From the IMG/VR virus record IMGVR_UViG_3300045988_143154, positions 54,365-86,364 of that record: DNA of 32,000 nt. The stretch is one strand, 5' to 3'. The notes under the pieces are model-generated. The model worked only from the letters and a program-made list of their open reading frames with translations. It had not been told where the DNA came from and searched no databases. This document shows, in pieces, positions 26,685 through 32,000 of the stretch. This DNA comes from a virus. Position 1 is the stretch's first letter. Each line of letters opens with the position of its first letter. The translations under genes were made by a program, and so were the position numbers.

Positions 26685-27224
26685 ATGAAAATAGTAAATA
26701 ATTGCATTGATTGCGTATATGATTTTCAAATGAGAGAATCATGTCGTGATAAACTTGTACATGCAATGCCAACAGATTTAATAGCAAGAATGACTTCTGT
26801 TTTGGTTATCAAACCGTATGGGGATAAATTCTATGTTGTAAAATCAAGATACGAGAGGGAACTTCTTTATAACAAATTACTTAAAGAAGATTTTAAGGTA
26901 ATTTCCAATTCGGATTTTGAAGGTTATAAGGATTGGATTGAATTTGCGGAAAGAGTAAGAGAGCTAATCAATCCAGGAGAATGTGTCATATATAAGATGA
27001 ACAACAAGAAGTTCGATGAAAATTATAATCTGGTGCGGAATACAAATTACAGTACAAACATCTATTCGTTGTATAAGAGGGTTATGAAACGTGATCCGAG
27101 AGTCATTGATGAAATCGAATCTCTTGAAGAAGCAAAAGAAATTATAGGTATGATGCTTGGAAACCACTATATGCATAATACGGCATATGAAATGCTCAAA
27201 ATTTTTGGAGGGAAACAACGATGA
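26685..27224 (+). CDS. hypothetical protein (start ATG 26685)
   Basis: TAGGAG RBS; MKIVNNCIDCVYDFQ... Confidence 0.65.
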   Translation: MKIVNNCIDCVYDFQMRESCRDKLVHAMPTDLIARMTSVLVIKPYGDKFYVVKSRYERELLYNKLLKEDFKVISNSDFEGYKDWIEFAERVRELINPGECVIYKMNNKKFDENYNLVRNTNYSTNIYSLYKRVMKRDPRVIDEIESLEEAKEIIGMMLGNHYMHNTAYEMLKIFGGKQR

Positions 27225-27979
27225 TTTACATTACAGGAGATATTCACGGTAGCCCGGAACGCTTGGGTGTGCATTCCTTTTATGAACAGAAGGAAATGAC
27301 AAGAGATGATATCGTGATTATTTGCGGAGATTTTGGTATGATCTGGGAAGAAAGTGGAGAATCTGCATCTGAGCGGTACTGGCTGAAATGGCTAGAAGAT
27401 AAGCCGTTTACAACTGTGTTCGTGTGCGGAAACCATGAAAATTTTGACAGATTGTATCAATACCCAGTGAAAGAGTGGCATGGTGGTAAAGTTCATGAAA
27501 TTCGCCCACATGTATTACATTTAATGCGTGGAGAAATTTTCGATATTGAAGGATTGAAATTTTTCGCATTTGGTGGGGCAAGCAGCCATGATATCAGAGA
27601 TGGTATTATTGATCCAGCAGAAGATGAAAACTGGCGTGAGACAGCTAAAGAATGGTATAAAGCCGGGAAGATGTATCGCATCAAAGGGATTTCATGGTGG
27701 GGACAGGAGCTTCCAACACAAGAAGAAATGGATAATGGCATCAGAAATCTTGAACGTGTTGGTAATAAAGTGGATTACATTATCACACATTCGCCATCTG
27801 CAAGTGTGATTGCACTGTTAGGGCATGGATTGTATAAACAAGATGTACTTACAAGATACTTGGAAGATATTCGATCTAAGGTAGAGTATAAGAAACATTT
27901 CTGCGGTCACATGCATGTAGATAAGGCAGTTAATGAAAAAGACATTATTCTGTATGAGCAGATCATTCGGCTTGCTTGA
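27221..27979 (+). CDS. metallophosphoesterase (calcineurin-like)
   Basis: ITGDIHG, IICGDFG, VCGNHEN, CGHMHVD motifs. Confidence 0.92.
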   Translation: MIYITGDIHGSPERLGVHSFYEQKEMTRDDIVIICGDFGMIWEESGESASERYWLKWLEDKPFTTVFVCGNHENFDRLYQYPVKEWHGGKVHEIRPHVLHLMRGEIFDIEGLKFFAFGGASSHDIRDGIIDPAEDENWRETAKEWYKAGKMYRIKGISWWGQELPTQEEMDNGIRNLERVGNKVDYIITHSPSASVIALLGHGLYKQDVLTRYLEDIRSKVEYKKHFCGHMHVDKAVNEKDIILYEQIIRLA

Positions 27980-28003
27980 CAAATTTGTAATCTATGCTAT
28001 AAT
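27976..28003 (+). promoter_or_regulatory. promoter TTGACA-N16-TATAAT overlapping the upstream stop codon
   Basis: Direct reading. Confidence 0.7.
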
Positions 28004-28069
28004 ATTAACATGCAAAAATAAAGGTTAACAGTCAACAAATAATATGATATCTTATAGGAGAAGCAAATA

Positions 28070-28354
28070 GTGAATATAGTATTGATTATTATTTTGTTCG
28101 GCTTTATATATGGAAGCAGCTATTTCAGATTTCATGAACCATACGGATTGAATAATACATATAATGCTTTAGGTTATTATATGTTATCAGTAAAATGGTG
28201 GAATATTGAATTCAACTGGTGTACATACAAAAACAAATGGCAAGTTGATATTAAGCTGAGATTTATAAGAAAATGGAAGCCGAGAAGATATAAAGAGGTA
28301 TATGTGATATTTAATAGTGCAGGAGTAAGAACCTACACTTTAAATATATATTAA
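28070..28354 (+). CDS. small protein with N-terminal hydrophobic segment
   Basis: TAGGAG RBS, GTG start, IVLIIILFGFIYGSSYF. Confidence 0.6.
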   Translation: MNIVLIIILFGFIYGSSYFRFHEPYGLNNTYNALGYYMLSVKWWNIEFNWCTYKNKWQVDIKLRFIRKWKPRRYKEVYVIFNSAGVRTYTLNIY

Positions 28355-28381
28355 ACAAACAATAATAAAGGAGAAAGACAA

Positions 28382-31015
28382 ATGAGAACAGGATTAACAA
28401 GCTCTCAGGTAACAAAGAACAGAGAAAAATATGGTTCAAATAAGTTACCAGAAAAGAAACTAAAAACAGGATTTCAGTTCTTCATGGAAACATTTGAAGA
28501 TAGACTGAACCAGATTCTTTTAGCAATGATGATTGTGTTTACGGTTTTAGCCGTATTCGGGCAAGGATCATATTCAGAGCCGATAGGTGTTGCGGTAGTA
28601 TTACTTGCAATTGCATTTATTGGAATGAATACAGGATTGAAAAGCCAGAAAAGTGCAAAAGAATTGAAAGACAGAACTTCGATTCATTATTGTAATGTAA
28701 TCCGTGATGGAAAGGTTGAGCATATCAACTCAAATGATTTGGTTGTTGGCGATCTTGTAATTATTCAGTCCGGCGAAGCAATTTATGCAGACGGATATTT
28801 AGTAGAAGGAAATGTAAAAGTTGATAACTCAGTTTTAAATGGGGAATCAGATCCTTGTAAAAAGACACCGTGGGAAAATGAAGATTCATCCCCAATTATT
28901 ATAGGTGGGAAACGACATGCAAATTCAAATGATTATGTAGATTCGTATTCATTATTTGCAGGCACAACAGTAACAGACGGAGAGGGAAAGATGGTCGTTA
29001 CAAACGTAGGTGTTAATACTGTAAACGGTCAGACAATTTCCACAATTGATGAAATTGAAGAAACAAAGACATCACTAGAGATTCAGTTAGATGATCTTGC
29101 TGGACAGATTAGTAAATTTGGATATATTGGAGCAGCTATCATCGTTGCTGCACTGATTGTAACGAACATCATTCAGATTGGTGGTATTGCTGAATACCTT
29201 AATATTGGTTGGATTGGTATTTTAAAAAATGTCCTTACAATAGCAGTTACGGCACTTACAATTATTGTTGCAGCAGTTCCAGAAGGACTTCCGCTGATTA
29301 TTAACCTTATTACAGCACAAAATGCGAAGGTAATGATTAAACATAACGTGCTTGCGAAACATACAAATAAGATCCCGGAAGCTGGGAACATTCAGTTGCT
29401 TTGCACAGATAAGACAGGAACTCTTACGGTAGGTAAACTTGTGCCGGTTGAAAATGTGATGGGTGATAAAAATGAAGTACCGAAAGATTCAGTAATTGAA
29501 AATATGTTTAAGTTAAACGTAGCATTAAATAGTAGTGCTATGTATGATGAGAATAAAAACATTGTTGGTGGTAATGCTACAGAACGTGCATTGCTTACAA
29601 TGATTTCAGATAGAGAGTATAAAGAATTTACGGATTCTGTAGAAGTCACAAACAGAAAAATTTTCAATAGTGCAAATAAGTTTAGTGCTGTTGAAACGAG
29701 TGGAAAAGATGGAAAGATTACTTATTATAAGGGTGCGCCTGAAAAATTGATTGATGCAGCAGTTTCTTATGAAACAACAAATGGAATCAAACCAGTTGAA
29801 AAGGAAAAATTAAAAGAGATTGTTAAATCATATGCTACAAAAGCTATGAGAGTAATTGCAACTGGATATAGTAAATCCGCATTACCAGAGGAAGGATTCC
29901 CGGATGATTTAGTTCTTGTTTCTTTGGTTGCTATTCGTGATGATGTCCGTCCAGAAGTATCGGAAGCAGTTGCGAAAATGCATGAAGCTGGTGTACAGGT
30001 AATGATGGTAACGGGAGATGTCATTGATACAGCAAAAGCTATTGCAAAAGACGCTGGGCTGATTACAAGCAAATCTGATATTGCAATGTCAGCTATTGAC
30101 TTTGATGCACTGTCAGATGAAGAAGCAAAAACAAAACTTCCTTATATTAAGGTTATTGCAAGAGCTACACCAAACACAAAACTCAGAATCGTGCGTTTGG
30201 CACAAGAACTTGGTCTTTGTGTAGGTATGACTGGCGATGGAACAAATGATGCACCAGCACTGAAAGCTGCAGATGTTGGATTCTCAATGGGATCTGGAAC
30301 AGACGTATGTAAAGAAGCTGGAGATATTATTATCACAGATGACAACTTTGTATCTATTACAGATGCGGTTCTTCTTGGAAGAACATTCATGCACAACGTT
30401 ATGAAGTTCCTGAAATTCCAGTTGCCTATCAATGTAGGTCTGGTAATTCTAAGTATTTTATATCCGATTATCATGGCTGTAGAAGCAGTCGCAGCAGTAC
30501 AGATTCTTGTAATCAATATCGTTATGGATTCTCTTAATTCTCTTTCCTTTGGTGGTGAACCAGCGAAAGACGAATACATGAAAGAAAAACCTATTCCAAA
30601 AGGTTCAAAACTTCTTTCAAAAGAAACTATCGGTCAGATTGCAGTATCAGTTGTAGCGTTTATCGGAATTTTTGGAATTACTCTGTTACCAGCAGTACAA
30701 AAAGCATTTGGAAATAATGAGGCTGTTTATGCGACAGTAAGATTTGCACTTTTGGTTATGATGGCAACTTTCAACGGATTTAATATCAGAACAGATGGTT
30801 TTAATCTGTTTAAAGGCATCAGCAAGAATATACTCTTCATTGAGATTGCGGTGGCAATTTTCGCTTTGACATTCGTTCTTGCACAGTTTGGTGGAGAAAT
30901 TATGGGATGTACAGCACTGACAGCTACACAGTGGGCTATCACAGTAGGATTAGCATTTATGATTATCCCAATTGATCTGGTAAGAAAAGCCGTTATCAGA
31001 GTAAAAAGAAAGTAG
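28382..31015 (+). CDS. P-type ATPase, calcium-transporting type
   Basis: CTDKTGTLT phosphorylation motif, PEGLPLI, MTGDGTNDAPALKAADVGFSMG, multiple TM segments. Confidence 0.94.
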   Translation: MRTGLTSSQVTKNREKYGSNKLPEKKLKTGFQFFMETFEDRLNQILLAMMIVFTVLAVFGQGSYSEPIGVAVVLLAIAFIGMNTGLKSQKSAKELKDRTSIHYCNVIRDGKVEHINSNDLVVGDLVIIQSGEAIYADGYLVEGNVKVDNSVLNGESDPCKKTPWENEDSSPIIIGGKRHANSNDYVDSYSLFAGTTVTDGEGKMVVTNVGVNTVNGQTISTIDEIEETKTSLEIQLDDLAGQISKFGYIGAAIIVAALIVTNIIQIGGIAEYLNIGWIGILKNVLTIAVTALTIIVAAVPEGLPLIINLITAQNAKVMIKHNVLAKHTNKIPEAGNIQLLCTDKTGTLTVGKLVPVENVMGDKNEVPKDSVIENMFKLNVALNSSAMYDENKNIVGGNATERALLTMISDREYKEFTDSVEVTNRKIFNSANKFSAVETSGKDGKITYYKGAPEKLIDAAVSYETTNGIKPVEKEKLKEIVKSYATKAMRVIATGYSKSALPEEGFPDDLVLVSLVAIRDDVRPEVSEAVAKMHEAGVQVMMVTGDVIDTAKAIAKDAGLITSKSDIAMSAIDFDALSDEEAKTKLPYIKVIARATPNTKLRIVRLAQELGLCVGMTGDGTNDAPALKAADVGFSMGSGTDVCKEAGDIIITDDNFVSITDAVLLGRTFMHNVMKFLKFQLPINVGLVILSILYPIIMAVEAVAAVQILVINIVMDSLNSLSFGGEPAKDEYMKEKPIPKGSKLLSKETIGQIAVSVVAFIGIFGITLLPAVQKAFGNNEAVYATVRFALLVMMATFNGFNIRTDGFNLFKGISKNILFIEIAVAIFALTFVLAQFGGEIMGCTALTATQWAITVGLAFMIIPIDLVRKAVIRVKRK

Positions 31016-31023
31016 GTAATAAT

Positions 31024-31254
31024 ATGGTCATGAGAGATAGAGAATACAAAACGGTTGAAAATATTGTATTGATTTGTTATACAGTTGGATTAGTCCTTAC
31101 ATGCGTAACAAAATTTATACCATTTATATTTTTAACGGTTGCAGCACATCCTATTTCGCTTGCTATATTAAACAATAATAAATGTGGGAACAGAACAAAA
31201 AACTGTTCCCCAAAAACAAAAAAGTTCAATAAGAAGGAGAAAACATTATGGTAA
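31024..31254 (+). CDS. small predicted membrane protein
   Basis: [35 protein letters not shown]; between ATPase and TerD genes. Confidence 0.5.
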   Translation: MVMRDREYKTVENIVLICYTVGLVLTCVTKFIPFIFLTVAAHPISLAILNNNKCGNRTKNCSPKTKKFNKKEKTLW

Positions 31255-31814
31255 GTTTGGTAAAAGGACAGAAAGTTGATCTTACAAAAGGGAACGCAGG
31301 GTTAAAGAAAATTCTTGTCGGTTTAGGATGGGACACAAATAAGTACGATGGAGATGATTTCGATTTAGACGCATCTGCATTTCTGCTTGATAAAAATGGA
31401 AAAGTGACAACTGATAAAGACTTTGTATTCTTCAACAATCTGGTACATCCGAGTGGAGCAGTAAAACATATGGGAGACAACCTTACTGGATCTGGCGATG
31501 GAGATGATGAACAGATTATTGTTGACCTGGCAAAAATCCCGGAAAATATCGAAAAGATTGCATTTACAGTAACAATTTATGAAGCAGACAGTAGAATGCA
31601 GAATTTCGGTATGGTGTCTAATGCGTATATTCGTATGTCAAACGAGGAAACAGGCGAAGAAATGATTAGATATGATCTTGGAGAAGATTATTCTACAGAA
31701 ACATCTATGGTTCTTGGAGAGTTGTATCGTCATAATGGCGAGTGGAAATTCAATGCGATTGGTGCTGGTTATGCTGGCGGTTTAACTGCACTTTGCAATG
31801 GATATGGATTATAA
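31248..31814 (+). CDS. TerD-family protein
   Basis: [14 protein letters not shown]...VGLGWDTN...[10 protein letters not shown]...[13 protein letters not shown]. Confidence 0.93.
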   Translation: MVSLVKGQKVDLTKGNAGLKKILVGLGWDTNKYDGDDFDLDASAFLLDKNGKVTTDKDFVFFNNLVHPSGAVKHMGDNLTGSGDGDDEQIIVDLAKIPENIEKIAFTVTIYEADSRMQNFGMVSNAYIRMSNEETGEEMIRYDLGEDYSTETSMVLGELYRHNGEWKFNAIGAGYAGGLTALCNGYGL

Positions 31815-31829
31815 AGGGAGGAAACGAAA

Positions 31830-32000
31830 ATGGCAGTTAGTTTAACAAAAGGTGAAAAGGTAAATCTTTCAAAAGTGGTGGAGAAACTGGCGAATGTAAC
31901 CGTTGGTCTTGGTTGGGATGCAGCGGAATACGGAGATAGTATTGATTGTGATTCTTCTGTATTTGTACTTAAAAATGTAGTTGGAAAGTCTGGAATGTTC
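31830..32000 (+). CDS. TerD-family protein, partial at window end
   Basis: GGGAGG RBS then MAVSLTKGEKVNLSKVVEKLANVTVGLGWDAAEYGDSIDCDSSVFVLKN. Confidence 0.88.
   Translation, partial: MAVSLTKGEKVNLSKVVEKLANVTVGLGWDAAEYGDSIDCDSSVFVLKNVVGKSGMF

Noticed and set aside
598-31480. Numerous minus-strand ORFs of 60-240 aa in the supplied track
   Set aside because: They overlap convincing + strand genes with recognisable domains and RBSs, so they are most likely mirror ORFs of AT-rich coding sequence.
1-32000. Other tRNA genes
   Set aside because: Scanned for T-arm GGTTCRANNCC signatures with paired acceptor stems; only the tmRNA satisfied them by eye. A tRNAscan-SE/ARAGORN run is needed to be certain.

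Overview
All credible genes in this 32 kb window lie on the + strand. They are tightly packed in an AT-rich genome with strong GGAGG-type ribosome binding sites. The content looks like a large Firmicutes/Clostridia-like phage or phage-plasmid, but no virion genes are visible, so virus versus megaplasmid is unresolved. The strongest candidate for a notable system is at about 23.1-25.3 kb. It is a compact CRISPR-like array (six 36-bp repeats, five 28-31 bp spacers) immediately 5' of a structured ~250-nt non-coding region, followed by a 516-aa IscB-like RuvC/HNH nuclease. All expected RuvC and HNH catalytic residues appear intact, and there is no Cas1, Cas2, Cas9 or TnpA in the window. The repeat-to-nuclease gap carries an anti-repeat (15 bp with one G:U), which suggests an omega-RNA fused to, or acting in trans on, the array. 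Repeat decay is polarised (6,3,2,0,0,0 differences), and two spacers look like homologous versions of one protein-coding target ((K/R)KMW(F/Y)WH(N/D)P) in identical register. Other notable content: an element-encoded tmRNA (18692-19070) with a readable tag (A)KLKINAEELRMVA; an NAD+ metabolism block (PncB, NadE, Nudix, and nearby a macro domain); a methyltransferase-helicase fusion overlapping an HNH gene; a possible DGR-type variable protein followed by a perfect hairpin; a P-type Ca2+ ATPase next to tandem TerD genes; FolD with a Cys-rich tail; an integrase; and a recurrent intergenic AAACAAAC(T/C/A)ATAATAAA motif. Assignments were made by reading motifs only; no database search was run.
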